Shown here in pieces: positions 49,727 to 60,949 of a stretch of DNA of 64,000 nucleotides (positions are counted from its first letter, which is position 1; each line of letters starts with the position of its first letter). The notes under the pieces were generated by a model that saw only the letters and a program-made list of their open reading frames with translations, was not told the DNA's origin and made no database searches. A program made the position numbers and the translations under genes. The stretch comes from Microcoleus sp. (lineage in GTDB: Bacteria > Cyanobacteriota > Cyanobacteriia > Cyanobacteriales > Microcoleaceae): the NCBI GenBank assembly GCA_052279835.1, contig CP181291.1:2048001-2112000 (forward strand), read 5' to 3'.

Positions 49727-49978
49727 CTATAAAAATGTGTGATTAACAGGGATTTACCATTGTTAAAATTAGCAGGTTTGGAGCACTGTATTAAACTCTC
49801 TCTTCTCTTCCTCTTTCCCCCCTTGGGGGGGGCCGGGGGGGGTCGTCCTTAGCGCCTTCGCGGTTAAATCATTCCGATACAACCGGAATTGATATCAGGC
49901 GTCCAGGACTACACAATAGCAAGAACCCCGACTTTTTTGCGAAGCCGGGGCTCTAACAGAAATTATTTTTCGCAGTTG

Positions 49979-50293
49979 TTATTGTACGGAAACTGCATCG
50001 ACATCAACGGTGCTGGTTTTAGCTTCAGAAGGGCTGCCGGTGGCTTCAGATGTGGAATTTGTCTGAGCCTGGCGGGATTTAAAATAGTCGATCGACATTT
50101 GGGAAACTTCCGAAATCAGTAGCACGGCGATCGCCACATCGTCAATTTGTCCAACCACCGGCAGGAAATCCGGGGCAATGTCGATCGGGCTTACGAGATA
50201 TGCTAGGGTTCCCAAAATAATCCACCAGCGGTACTTGGGGTTACGGATGGTGTCGCGGTACCAGTTGTAAACAGATTGTATAGAAAAGTTCAT
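49979..50293 (-). CDS. YkvA/DUF1232 family protein
   Basis: YLVSPIDIAPDFLPVVGQIDD. Confidence 0.9.
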   Translation of the reverse strand: MNFSIQSVYNWYRDTIRNPKYRWWIILGTLAYLVSPIDIAPDFLPVVGQIDDVAIAVLLISEVSQMSIDYFKSRQAQTNSTSEATGSPSEAKTSTVDVDAVSVQ

Positions 50294-51007
50294 GGGGTTG
50301 TCCTCTACTTATATTTTCAATCTTTACAGATTCTCCCTCGAAACGTTTGTGGAGATATCCCCCCTAGGGTTGGTTAGAGAATCCTACTTGGAAGTATGGG
50401 GAATTGGGCATTGGGAATTGGGCTACCCCATTAGTGTCAACTTAACGTCAAACCCATTCACAGATGGCTGTTTGACCATTAAACTTAGATCCCCCCTAAC
50501 CCCCCTTAAGAAGGGGGGGACAGGAGTCTTCTCTTTCCTCCTCCTTCCCCCCTTGGGGCAGGGCTGTTTCATTCTCCGAAAAATCCGGGTTTTGTAGGGG
50601 CGGTGGCCAGAGTGCCCGCCCCCCTCACAGATTAGTGTTCTGTCAACTACTGCTATTTTCAATTTTCAAACGGTTCTGTAGCGAACAGTTTTTTAGTATA
50701 AAATGAAACTCATATTTTTCAATATTTTGAACAGGTCGATCGACGGAATTACCGACACTTTTATAACTCAAATTCAGCAAAAACGAACATTTATTAATGC
50801 TAAAAATTGTATAAATCAACGTATCTATTAATTTTCAGCATCATCTAATTTTATATCTAGCTATCATCCTCCCATTTTAATAATTACTGAAAACCTCAAT
50901 ATCGACACAAGTTCTCTAAGTATATATCGTAAAAATTAGTATCATAAAATACCCGTAGTTGAAAAAGTGCTCGACCATGAATTTAATCCCCAAAATCCTC
51001 CCCCTTA

Positions 51008-52117
51008 CTAACCTTGAAACGTCCATTTTTGGTCGCCGATCGCAATTTCGCAGCCACTGGTTAGCCAAAAAGGTTCCTGAGCCGCCAGTCTTTGTCCGCC
51101 AACAAAAGTACCATTGGAACTGCCACAATCCACAAGCTGATACCGCTGTTTTCCTTGTTCGTCATTGGCCCGACGGATTTGAGCATGGTAGCGGGAACTT
51201 TGCGGATCTTGTAACACTAAAGTATTGCTCGGTTCCCGTCCGATAGTAAAGGGATTGGCGGTGAGGGCGATCGCCTGTCCTGAAAGTTTGTATACTAAGT
51301 ATGCGGTTGTTTGGCGATCGCTACTTGCCAATACCGTCGGTGCAAGTTGGGGGCGATTCTGGGCGGATGGTAAACTATTTTGAGCCAGTTGTGCTGTCAG
51401 TTCTTGTAAATCGCGATCGAATCCAGCGCTATCAGAAGTTGGCAGATTTGCTGGAGATTGAGCTGATATTAAGTTTAACTGTTGTACGGGAGCTTGAGGC
51501 AGAATAGGTCGCCCTGCTTCGGCAATTCTCATTTGTAGGGATGCGGAATTTTCTGCTTCTTGTCTAGCGCTCATTCCTTCAACTTGGCGAATCACTCCGT
51601 TGGTTTCGGGAAAGCTAACATCGCCAATTCTGACATCTTCTAAGGTAAATCCTAAAGTGTAGAAATCTTGGACGCGATCGAGTAAATTTTGGCGCAGCAA
51701 CAGCCTTCCTTGACTAATAAGCTGGTTGAGGGGAATTTGCCCGATCGCAACTCCCATGCAATCTTTCACAGCACTTGCTAAAGCCGCTATGGGATCGGAC
51801 AATTCCAAAGCTACTCTTTTGGGGTCTATAACTTGATAAATAACTGTCAGTGTAGCATCAATTAAAAACCGGTCTTTCGACAAAAAATCTCCTTGGGATT
51901 GCACGTCCAAGTTACGCAGTTTGGTATCTACCAGGACAATTTGACACTGTTCCAGCAAGGGAAGGGCGAAGGTGAAATGGCGTCCCGCTTTCAGGGTACG
52001 CACCACGCGGCCGTTTTTGACCACCAAACCCGCGTAACCGGCCCCAATAAAGTCCATGCTAAAGCCGGCCCAGCGTTCGGGTGTAACGGTTTGAATCAGG
52101 GGAGAAGCGTTGTTCAT
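51008..52117 (-). CDS. SPFH/Band-7 domain protein with C-terminal FHA domain
   Basis: VDTKLRNL...LSKD..IDA....YQVIDP (SPFH); IGRE..N..L....SRYHA, DCGSSNGT (FHA). Confidence 0.85.
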   Translation of the reverse strand: MNNASPLIQTVTPERWAGFSMDFIGAGYAGLVVKNGRVVRTLKAGRHFTFALPLLEQCQIVLVDTKLRNLDVQSQGDFLSKDRFLIDATLTVIYQVIDPKRVALELSDPIAALASAVKDCMGVAIGQIPLNQLISQGRLLLRQNLLDRVQDFYTLGFTLEDVRIGDVSFPETNGVIRQVEGMSARQEAENSASLQMRIAEAGRPILPQAPVQQLNLISAQSPANLPTSDSAGFDRDLQELTAQLAQNSLPSAQNRPQLAPTVLASSDRQTTAYLVYKLSGQAIALTANPFTIGREPSNTLVLQDPQSSRYHAQIRRANDEQGKQRYQLVDCGSSNGTFVGGQRLAAQEPFWLTSGCEIAIGDQKWTFQG

Positions 52118-52363
52118 GGGAGGAGTTGAGGGAAGGGAGATTCTACTGTTAGGGTAACAAATTGCTGGGGGCGAGCGATCGGGCAGTGTGCCGGTTCAGC
52201 AACCTCTATTCTATACTTCAGGACTCCGGGTGATTCAGCCCGGACTGAATCTAGTTTGCATCTAGTTGGTAGCCAGAGTCATCTAAATGCTGTTTGCAGT
52301 CAAATATAGAAGCAATTAATTCTTTAGTTGATTGCGCTGGTCAAAAAATAGTTTCTCCCTCAA

Positions 52364-54049
52364 TTATAACTGCTTGGGAATCGCCACCAAAGTTATAGAA
52401 TTAGCTGGGTAAGTTGCCCCAAACCCCGCAGCGCTGACCCCCAAATCGCCCTGACGCACAATCGCCCCCAAATTCGCCTTGCTGTAAGTATAAACTTGAG
52501 CCTTACCCCCTGGCTTAAACCCTTTCAAACTCAAATTGCTAGTTATATTATTCTGAGTTTTATTAATAATTACCATGGTTAAAACACCGTCACGACTACG
52601 ATGAGCACCATAGATTGATAAAATTCCTGGATCGGTGCTACGCGAGCGCACCCAAGTATCACCATAGTTACCACCTTTCCCATCATAATTCATGTACATT
52701 CGGAAAGCATAAGCCCCCGGTTCCGATGACTTAGGAGGTCCCCATAGCGTAGCTAAATCCACTTGTTCCCGCCCAAAAATGCCCAGGAGATCTGCCTGGG
52801 TCAAAGCCCCATTCATCGAATCTAAAGCGCCCCAATTGTATTCAGTAATTGCCAGTTTTGTACCAGGATAATCTTCCTTAATCCACTGTTTAAACCTGGG
52901 AAGAAGGGTGAGGGGAGGATTGTATTTTCCAATCCAACTTTCATCAGTATAAGTTGCATCCCATAGAGAACGAGTCGATCGCAGCCGCAGCGCTTGGGTT
53001 TTGGCATCACCGGCGGGACAAAGGGCTATACAGGTATTGTCCGCCGAAGGATAATAGTGTTCATCAAAATAATCGAGAATCCGCACACCTTTGTTTTTTT
53101 CGTAAGCGCGCATTTGTTGCAAATACCACCGCGCAAACCAGACACCACCGTGTTTTTGACGATCGCCCTCAACACCAGAATCCACATAGACAGGCCAGCC
53201 AAAATCCGACGGCCCCAGTACCTTAGCGCTAGGATCTGTGGCTTTTACCATGGAAGCATATTGATAAGTGCGATCGCGCAATTCATCATAACTCGTCGGT
53301 TCTGGATGAACATCCCGGTGAGTATTTCCCCAGCCACTTGGTTCGTTGTCCATTTGGTAAATTTGGACACCACCCTTAGCCGCAGTACCGTGGGTTTTAA
53401 CTAAGTGTTGAACCCACCGCTTTTGAAAATTTGGGTCGCTAACAATACTGACATCCAGCCGATTATTATTAGTAATTACAGTACCATCGGGACGCTTTCC
53501 ATTGCCGCATTTATCACCTTCTGGAAAAATGTAAGGATTAGTTTTTTCTTGGGGTCCATATTTCGATACTCTAAAACCACAGTTCCAAGTGCTAAACTTA
53601 TTGACATAGCCAATCATCGGAATAGTAACAATACTTTTACTACCATTGGTGCGGTTAGTTTTGATAATTTTATCTAGAGAATCGCCGGGAATAGGATTTT
53701 TATTATCCCCACCACCCACGAAAAAAAAGTCATCACCACTGTTGGAGGAATCGACTAGCCAATTGTAGCGACTGGTGTGATTTGCGCCCCAGCGTTCCAC
53801 TGGAATTCGCAATTCTTGTGCTAAGGTGCGATCTATGGCATAATCGTTCATACCATAGATGTCGGGACTGATCGAATGGCGATCGGCTGTAACATCTACA
53901 GATAAGGTGAGATTGGTTGTTTGGGCGATGCCATTTTTGATATAGACTGTGGTTACGGCAATTGCGAAAGCGGCGATTAAACCCAATAAAAATAGGACAA
54001 GCCAACGAGGTTTATTTTCGGGAGACTGCAATAAAAATCGTGGATTCAT
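52364..54049 (-). CDS. Secreted glycoside hydrolase family 44 protein
   Basis: ISPDIYGMN, RWGAN..SRYNW, MDNEP, HRDVHP, AITEYNW; N-terminal signal/anchor. Confidence 0.85.
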   Translation of the reverse strand: MNPRFLLQSPENKPRWLVLFLLGLIAAFAIAVTTVYIKNGIAQTTNLTLSVDVTADRHSISPDIYGMNDYAIDRTLAQELRIPVERWGANHTSRYNWLVDSSNSGDDFFFVGGGDNKNPIPGDSLDKIIKTNRTNGSKSIVTIPMIGYVNKFSTWNCGFRVSKYGPQEKTNPYIFPEGDKCGNGKRPDGTVITNNNRLDVSIVSDPNFQKRWVQHLVKTHGTAAKGGVQIYQMDNEPSGWGNTHRDVHPEPTSYDELRDRTYQYASMVKATDPSAKVLGPSDFGWPVYVDSGVEGDRQKHGGVWFARWYLQQMRAYEKNKGVRILDYFDEHYYPSADNTCIALCPAGDAKTQALRLRSTRSLWDATYTDESWIGKYNPPLTLLPRFKQWIKEDYPGTKLAITEYNWGALDSMNGALTQADLLGIFGREQVDLATLWGPPKSSEPGAYAFRMYMNYDGKGGNYGDTWVRSRSTDPGILSIYGAHRSRDGVLTMVIINKTQNNITSNLSLKGFKPGGKAQVYTYSKANLGAIVRQGDLGVSAAGFGATYPANSITLVAIPKQL

Positions 54050-54588
54050 TAATTTATCATATAGTGTTTAGCATAACCAGACTCTTTAAATCCTACCACA
54101 TTCGGATGCTTCAAACATTTAGTATTATCAACCTCCCGCAAAAACCAATTCACAGCCCGCTGATTCGCCGCCACCTTGTTATATAAGATTTTATTGTTGG
54201 TTGCTGGTATTTTAACCCCCCCAGCCCCCCCCTTGGTAAGGGGGGAGCAAGAGTTGTTTGAGTTTTATTGTTGGTTGCTTAGTCTTTGTTGTTGATTCAA
54301 AAACCCGGTTTGTTTCTTGAGGCTTTGGGTGAGGTTCAGAAACCGGGTTTTTTCCGAGATTTACGGTTGTAGTTAGGTATTGTCGCAAAAACCCGGTTTC
54401 TTGAGGCCTTTGGATGAGGTGGATTTTAGCATCTATCAAACCCGAATATCCCCCCTAACCAAGAGGGCGGGTACTCTTGGCACGGCCCCTATAAGGGGGG
54501 ACTGGAAGCGTTCTTAAAGTCCCCCTTCCCCCATCCCCCTTGGGGGGGCTAGAGTTGGAGTAAAACGAGATTTACATGGATTACAATC

Positions 54589-57500
54589 CTAATTGTAAGC
54601 TTCCATTGGCAAACAAGAACAGACAAAATTGCGATCGCCAAACGCATTATCTATCCTACCCACCGCAGGCCAAAACTTATGTTCGCGAGTCCAAGGTGTC
54701 GGATAAGCCGCTTGGGCGCGAGTATAAGGACGATTCCACTCATCAACCATCAGAGATTCTGCGGTATGCGGCGCATTTTTCAACACATTATTTTGCGCAT
54801 CAACATTCCCATTTTCAATCTCCGCAATTTCCCCACGAATCGCAATCATCGCATCGCAAAAACGGTCTAATTCCTGCTTAGATTCACTTTCCGTCGGTTC
54901 CACCATCACCGTACCGGCAACGGGCCAAGAAACCGTCGGCGCGTGATAGCCGTAATCCATCAACCGTTTGGCAATATCTTCCACTTCAATAGCCGCCGTT
55001 TTTTTGAGAGTTCGCAAATCCAAAATACACTCATGGGCGACTAAACCAGCTTTCCCTTTATACAAAACTGGATAATAATATTCTAACCGTTTTGCCATGT
55101 AATTTGCATTCAGAATTGCAACTTTTGTCGCCTCAGTTAAACCAACTCCTCCCATCATCCGAATATACATCCAAGAAATAGTCAAAATGCTCGCACTTCC
55201 CCAAGGCGCAGCCGAAACAGCACCAACTGATTCTATCTTGCTCCCCCCGGATTGTAGGGGCGGTGCCCCCGTGCCCGCCCTCTTTTGGGGGGGGTAAGCT
55301 CTTAATTCTGTATCAGTAGAAGGCAAAAATTCTACTAAATGAGACATCACACCGATCGGACCCATTCCTGGGCCACCACCACCGTGAGGAATGCAGAAAG
55401 TTTTGTGCAAATTCAAGTGACAAACATCAGCACCAAAATCACCAGGACGACACAAACCAACTTGAGCATTCATATTTGCGCCGTCCATATACACTTGTCC
55501 GCCAGCTTGATGGACAATCTCGCAAATCTCTTTAATCTCTTCTTCAAAAACACCGTGAGTCGATGGATACGTCACCATCAAAGCCGCCAGTTCATTTTTG
55601 TGCTTCTGGGCTTTGGTCTGCAAATCAGAAACATCAATATTTCCCTGAGAGTCGCAATTAACCGCCACTACTTTCATCCCCGCCATCACCGCGCTAGCCG
55701 GATTTGTGCCGTGGGCTGACTGGGGAATTAAACAAATATTGCGGTGAGATTCGCCGCGATGTTCGTGGTATTGACGAATTACTAATAAACCCGCATATTC
55801 GCCTTGGGAACCAGCGTTTGGTTGCAAAGAAATTCCGGCAAAACCGGTGATTTCTGCCAGCCACTGTTCGAGTTGCACGAACATCATTTGATAGCCGCGA
55901 GTTTGATGGCTTGGTGCGAAGGGATGAATTTTGCTAAATTCCGGCCAACTCACCGGCAGCATTTCGGCTGTGGCATTCAATTTCATCGTACAGGAACCCA
56001 AGGGAATCATCGAGGTATTCAACGATAAATCCTTGGCTTCCAATCGGTGCATATAGCGCAAAAGTTCGGTTTCCGAGTGGTAGGTGTTAAAAACAGGATG
56101 GGTGAGATAGCTGCTGGTGCGATCGCAAAAAGCAGGTAACATTAAAGATGAAGTAACAGCATCTCCATCTAGGGAAATTTTCAGCACATCCTCAGCGTCA
56201 GCCCCCATACCATCCGAATCCTGGGCAAAAATTGTCCACAATTCTTGGACATCGGCCGCCGTCACAGTTTCATCCAGACTAATTCCCACTGTCTTTTCAT
56301 CAAACACCCGGAGATTTATCTGGTGATTTTCCGCCGCCTTTAAAAGTTCAGCAAGTGGCTTATCTCCCAACTCGACGCGGAGAGTATCAAAGAAAGGTGC
56401 AGCACCAATTTTGTATCCCAAGCCTTCCAAACCGGCAGCTAAAATAACAGTTAAACTGCGTACTTGTTCCGCAATTTGTTTGAGTCCCTGGGGCCCGTGA
56501 TAAACAGCATACATACCCGCCATCACTGCTAGCAAAACTTGAGCTGTACAAATATTGCTAGTTGCTTTTTCGCGGCGGATGTGCTGTTCGCGAGTTTGCA
56601 ATGCCAAACGTAAAGCAGATTTGCCGTTAGCATCTTTGGACACACCAACAATTCGCCCTGGAACTTGGCGTTTAAACTCTTCTCGCGTGGCGAAATAGGC
56701 TGCGTGAGGCCCTCCGAATCCTAGGGGGACTCCGAAGCGCTGAGTGCTTCCTACGGCTATGTCAGCGCCGAATTCGCCTGGGGGTGTAAGTACGCAAAGG
56801 CTCAAAATGTCGGCGGCAACTGTGACTAAGGCACCGACGGCGTGGGCTGATGCGATAAAATCTGTGTAGTCGTAAATTGCGCCGTCTGTTGCAGGGTATT
56901 GTAGCAGGGCACCGAAGATTGTACGATCGCACTTAAAGTCTCGATGGTCGCCCACAATCACATCAATTCCCAGTGGCTTAGCGCGAGTTTGCACAACTTC
57001 AATGGTTTGAGGATGACAATCTTGGGAAACAAAAAACACTTTTCCCTTATTCTGGGAGACGCCATAACTCACCGCCATCGCTTCCGCCGCCGCCGTTCCT
57101 TCATCCAGCAAAGAAGCGTTGGCAATTTCCAAACCTGTGAGGTCAATTATCATCGTTTGGAAGTTCAGCAAAGCTTCTAATCGCCCTTGGGCAATTTCAG
57201 CTTGATAGGGAGTGTAAGCTGTATACCAGCCAGGATTTTCTAGGATATTGCGCCCAATTACCGGAGGTGTGATGCAGTCGTGATATCCAGTGCCGATGTA
57301 CGATCGAAATACCTGATTTTTTGCCGCAATTTCTTTCAATTCTGCCAATGCAGCATACTCGCTTTTGGCAGCAAGTAATTCCAGGGGTTGCTGAATGCGA
57401 ATCGCCGCCGGAATTGTCTTGTCAATCAAATCATCGAGGCTATCGATGCCCAAAACATCGAGCATTTCCTGGATTTCCCTTGGTGTCGGGCCAATGTGCC

Positions 57501-57645
57501 TGCACGCAAAACCATCGATGGGAGTGAGCTTTTGCTGCTGATTCGACTCAATTTGAGAACTGTAGAGTACCAAGGCGGATTCTCCTGAATAGACTTTTGC
57601 TTCTTTGTTTGTAACATTTTGCAAAGGAAGAAGGAAGTTCGGCAA
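54589..57645 (-). CDS. gcvP: Glycine dehydrogenase (P protein); start codon uncertain
   Basis: [51 protein letters not shown]. Confidence 0.97.
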   Translation of the reverse strand: MPNFLLPLQNVTNKEAKVYSGESALVLYSSQIESNQQQKLTPIDGFACRHIGPTPREIQEMLDVLGIDSLDDLIDKTIPAAIRIQQPLELLAAKSEYAALAELKEIAAKNQVFRSYIGTGYHDCITPPVIGRNILENPGWYTAYTPYQAEIAQGRLEALLNFQTMIIDLTGLEIANASLLDEGTAAAEAMAVSYGVSQNKGKVFFVSQDCHPQTIEVVQTRAKPLGIDVIVGDHRDFKCDRTIFGALLQYPATDGAIYDYTDFIASAHAVGALVTVAADILSLCVLTPPGEFGADIAVGSTQRFGVPLGFGGPHAAYFATREEFKRQVPGRIVGVSKDANGKSALRLALQTREQHIRREKATSNICTAQVLLAVMAGMYAVYHGPQGLKQIAEQVRSLTVILAAGLEGLGYKIGAAPFFDTLRVELGDKPLAELLKAAENHQINLRVFDEKTVGISLDETVTAADVQELWTIFAQDSDGMGADAEDVLKISLDGDAVTSSLMLPAFCDRTSSYLTHPVFNTYHSETELLRYMHRLEAKDLSLNTSMIPLGSCTMKLNATAEMLPVSWPEFSKIHPFAPSHQTRGYQMMFVQLEQWLAEITGFAGISLQPNAGSQGEYAGLLVIRQYHEHRGESHRNICLIPQSAHGTNPASAVMAGMKVVAVNCDSQGNIDVSDLQTKAQKHKNELAALMVTYPSTHGVFEEEIKEICEIVHQAGGQVYMDGANMNAQVGLCRPGDFGADVCHLNLHKTFCIPHGGGGPGMGPIGVMSHLVEFLPSTDTELRAYPPQKRAGTGAPPLQSGGSKIESVGAVSAAPWGSASILTISWMYIRMMGGVGLTEATKVAILNANYMAKRLEYYYPVLYKGKAGLVAHECILDLRTLKKTAAIEVEDIAKRLMDYGYHAPTVSWPVAGTVMVEPTESESKQELDRFCDAMIAIRGEIAEIENGNVDAQNNVLKNAPHTAESLMVDEWNRPYTRAQAAYPTPWTREHKFWPAVGRIDNAFGDRNFVCSCLPMEAYN

Positions 57646-57714
57646 CAGATTTTGTAATGGATTTAACGGATAGGAGGAAGTTCGGCTACGGATTTTGTAA
57701 CGGATTTAACGGAT
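57632..57714. repeat. Two tandem ~40-bp units upstream of gcvP
   Basis: AGGAAGTTCGGC.AC.GATTTTGTAA.GGATTTAACGGAT twice. Confidence 0.75.
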
Positions 57715-57890
57715 GTAGATCAAATCCTCTCTTCATCGGAATTATTCATCTCTCTCTGAATCTCCCTCTGCGTTTCTCTGCGTTCTCTGCGGTTAAATCA
57801 TTCCGATGCAACCGGAATTGATATAACTGACAGAAGGAAAAGGGGAAAGGGGAGAGATGGCTACGAATGCCCAATGCTTTAGGCCCCATA

Positions 57891-57948
57891 CCCTATTTCC
57901 TATTTCCTATTCCCTATTCCCTATTCCCTATTTCCTATTCCCTACTCC
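57891..57948. repeat. (CCTATTC/T)n heptamer STRR tract
   Basis: About 8 tandem units directly after the gcvH stop. Confidence 0.85.
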
Positions 57949-58331
57949 CCTTCCACCATTTTGCGATACTCCTCGACTGACAAAGCCTCATTCGCTTCGC
58001 TGGAATCTGCCACGCGCACTTTCAACAGCCAGCCAGCGCCATAGGCATCTTCCGCTAAATTCTCAGGAGATTCTACAATGGCATCATTGCGTTCGATGAC
58101 AGTTCCCGTAACGGGTGCTTTCAAGTCTTCAACAGCTTTCACTGACTCGACTGTACCGAAAGCTTCGCCTTTTTCCAGGGTTGCGCCTACTTCTGGTAAT
58201 TCCAGAAATACGATATCACCTAGTTGATCCACGGCAAAGGCGCTGATACCGATAGTGGCTATTTCGCCTTCGAGTCGGATGTATTCGTGGGTGTCTAGGT
58301 ATTTCAAGTCATCGGGGTATTCTAGTGCCAT
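57942..58331 (-). CDS. gcvH: Glycine cleavage H protein
   Basis: [19 protein letters not shown] lipoyl site. Confidence 0.97.
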   Translation of the reverse strand: MALEYPDDLKYLDTHEYIRLEGEIATIGISAFAVDQLGDIVFLELPEVGATLEKGEAFGTVESVKAVEDLKAPVTGTVIERNDAIVESPENLAEDAYGAGWLLKVRVADSSEANEALSVEEYRKMVEGE

Positions 58332-58388
58332 GTCTTTTCTCGCAATAAATAAACTATCAACTAAATCTTATTAAACTATGGTCATTTA

Positions 58389-59237
58389 GTGATGGCAAAC
58401 AAGAATAGGAAAAACATTAAACGCTTGCTTTTAGGAGAATTTTCTTGGAAACGACTGATGCGCTCTATTATTTTTATTTACGCATTTCTGTGTTTTTATG
58501 CTTTCTTTTTTTCAGAAAGGCTAATTTTTCAACCTCCCTCATCTAGCCAGAATGATCGCAGGGAAGTTATCAAAATTAACTCAGCTAATGGCTTGAAAAT
58601 TTCTGCCGTTCATTTTCCTAACCCGCAAGCTAAATATACCATACTTTACAGTCACGGGAATGCAGAAGATTTGGACGGGATTTTGTGGGTACTCAGAGAG
58701 ATTCGTGAGAGCGGCTTTGCTGTGTTTGCCTATGATTATCAAGGTTACGGTACCAGTCAGGGAAAGCCTTCGGAGTATAATACTTATCGTGATATTGAGG
58801 CTGCTTACAATTATTTAACCCTACAGTTGGGAGTACCTGCAAAGCAAATTATTGTTTACGGGCGTTCTGTGGGTGGTGGGCCGGCAATTGATTTGGCTTC
58901 GCGGCAAACAGTCGGTGGTTTGGTGGTTGAAAGTTCGTTTGTTTCGGCTTTTCGGGTGTTGACGCGGATTCCGATTTTACCCTTTGATAAGTTTGTGAAT
59001 ATTGATAAGATTGGCAAAGTGCGATCGCCTGTTTTGGTGATTCACGGTAAGGCTGATGAGGTGGTTCGTTTTTGGCATGGAGAGCAGTTATTTGGGGCCT
59101 CCAACGAGCCGAAACTGAATTTTTGGGTCGAGGGGGCCGGTCACAATGATTTGATGGATGTTGCGGGCGATCGCTATGCTGAAACTTTGCAAAAATTTGC
59201 TAAGCTAGTCGATGAATCTTCTCTACCAAAGTTATGA
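58389..59237 (+). CDS. Alpha/beta hydrolase (ABHD17-like)
   Basis: YSHGNAED, YDYQGYG, GRSVGG, IHGKADEVV, AGHND. Confidence 0.92.
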   Translation: MMANKNRKNIKRLLLGEFSWKRLMRSIIFIYAFLCFYAFFFSERLIFQPPSSSQNDRREVIKINSANGLKISAVHFPNPQAKYTILYSHGNAEDLDGILWVLREIRESGFAVFAYDYQGYGTSQGKPSEYNTYRDIEAAYNYLTLQLGVPAKQIIVYGRSVGGGPAIDLASRQTVGGLVVESSFVSAFRVLTRIPILPFDKFVNIDKIGKVRSPVLVIHGKADEVVRFWHGEQLFGASNEPKLNFWVEGAGHNDLMDVAGDRYAETLQKFAKLVDESSLPKL

Positions 59238-59242
59238 GCAAC

Positions 59243-59305
59243 GGGATCGCGTGCCCGTTCCCCAAGAAGAAATACATTTTATGGTGGGGTGGGCACGCGA
59301 TCCCG
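59243..59305. terminator. Inverted repeat between convergent genes
   Basis: GGGATCGCGTGCCC ... GGGCACGCGATCCC. Confidence 0.55.
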
Positions 59306-59333
59306 CCCCTGAATTAATCCTAACTTACTTAAG

Positions 59334-60527
59334 TTAACTCGGTCGGTTTGGCGATCGATAAAATGGTTTTTTCACTACCCTAGCTGGATAATTTTTGCCG
59401 CGAATTTCCACTTCTAGTTCCTGACCAATTTTAGCTAGTTTTGTGGGAACATAGGCAAGGGCGATCGGTTTATTCAAAGTCGGTGACAAGGTACCGCTAG
59501 TAACTTCTCCTACTTTTTCACTTTCAAAGATTACCGGATAACCGTGACGCGCAATGTGCTTCCCAGCCATTTCTAGTCCTACTAACCGCTTGGAAACTCC
59601 ACTCGCTTTCTGCTGTTCCAAAACCTCGCGGCCAATAAAATAGCCTTTGGTATCGAGGTGAACAACCCAACCTAATCCAGCTTCTAAAGGTGTCGTATTA
59701 TAGTCGATATCTTGACCGTACAATGCCATTGCTGCTTCTAAACGCAAGGTGTCTCTCGCACCCAAACCGCAGGGTACAACCCCGGCAGTTAATAATTGTT
59801 GCCACAGTTCTTTTCCTACTGCTGCATCGACCATAATCTCAAACCCATCTTCACCTGTATAGCCAGTCCTAGCGATAAAACTTGGCTGTCCCAACAGGTT
59901 TGTTTCTAAGTGACCGAAGGCTTTAATTGGCGTGAGGTCGTCGGTAACTAAGGGCTGGAGGTAAGTGACAGCTTCCGGCCCTTGAATTGCGATTAAAACT
60001 TTGTCTGGTGAAATGTCTGTAAAACTGACACCGCTTAATTCTAAGTGGGCTGCTATCCAAGCTTTGTCTCGGATGCGAGTGGCGGCGTTGACAATGATGA
60101 CAGCCCGTTCTTCGCTAGTGGTGGCATCGGGTTCTTGGCAGTAGAAAATGATGTCATCTAAGATGCAGCCTTGGGCATTTAACAATACTGTATATTGAGC
60201 TTGACCTGGTTGCAATCGACTTAAGTCTGAGGGCACTAAGGGTTGAAATTTAGCCCTTAATTGTTTCCCTCTCAAACCAAATTTTCCCATGTGGGAAATG
60301 TCGAACATTCCTACTTGCGATCGCACAGTTTGATGTTCGCTGCTCAGACCGCTGTACTGCACCGCCATCTCCCACCCGGAAAAGGGGACCATCCGAGCTT
60401 TGAGTTCTAATGATAGGTCGTACAGAGGTGTGCGGGCAAGTGGGCTCGGATTCTCTGGATTGTTGGATTCAGTTGACTTGGCCACAGGTAGCGCTTTGGT
60501 TGCGGTAGAGTATTTTGATTTTACCAA
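59334..60527 (-). CDS. gcvT: Glycine cleavage T protein (start uncertain)
   Basis: [35 protein letters not shown]. Confidence 0.97.
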   Translation of the reverse strand: MVKSKYSTATKALPVAKSTESNNPENPSPLARTPLYDLSLELKARMVPFSGWEMAVQYSGLSSEHQTVRSQVGMFDISHMGKFGLRGKQLRAKFQPLVPSDLSRLQPGQAQYTVLLNAQGCILDDIIFYCQEPDATTSEERAVIIVNAATRIRDKAWIAAHLELSGVSFTDISPDKVLIAIQGPEAVTYLQPLVTDDLTPIKAFGHLETNLLGQPSFIARTGYTGEDGFEIMVDAAVGKELWQQLLTAGVVPCGLGARDTLRLEAAMALYGQDIDYNTTPLEAGLGWVVHLDTKGYFIGREVLEQQKASGVSKRLVGLEMAGKHIARHGYPVIFESEKVGEVTSGTLSPTLNKPIALAYVPTKLAKIGQELEVEIRGKNYPARVVKKPFYRSPNRPS

Positions 60528-60949
60528 ACATGGAGTTGGTATTTCTGGGCGATCGACTGGAGGATAATTCAGTGATGTTGCTTGAGGATGGGTAGAATGT
60601 CGGTTTTAGGTTGCTAATAGTTGATTTCCCATTCTGCACCCCTCCCCCAAACCTCAAATTTACCCAAGAGCAAAAGATGGCAATTACCGATCTCTTCAAG
60701 GAAGGCAACAAGCCCAACATCGTTATCATCACCCGATCGTATTCGCGATCGAAATGTACCAGCTCCAGAAACTGAGACTGTCTTATTTGTGGACTGGTTT
60801 CTGTAAATGGCATCAAGCTTCAAATTTGGGCAACTTGGCTGTTTTATGCGGTGCTGCTTGATGTGGCTGATGCCGTTGCTGACGAATTGTCACTTTGTAC
60901 TGAGCAGATTTCTTGAGAAATGCTGTTTCTAGGAACCAGTTAACAAATA

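Noticed and set aside
50292..50662. Short ORFs across the palindromic repeats (also 54212-54439 and 12706-12975)
   Set aside because: They translate repeat DNA (PLTPLKKGG-type peptides) and have no support as genes.
60528..60949. Glycine riboswitch upstream of gcvT
   Set aside because: Could not find the conserved GGAGA...CCGAAG...CTCTCAGG aptamer pattern.
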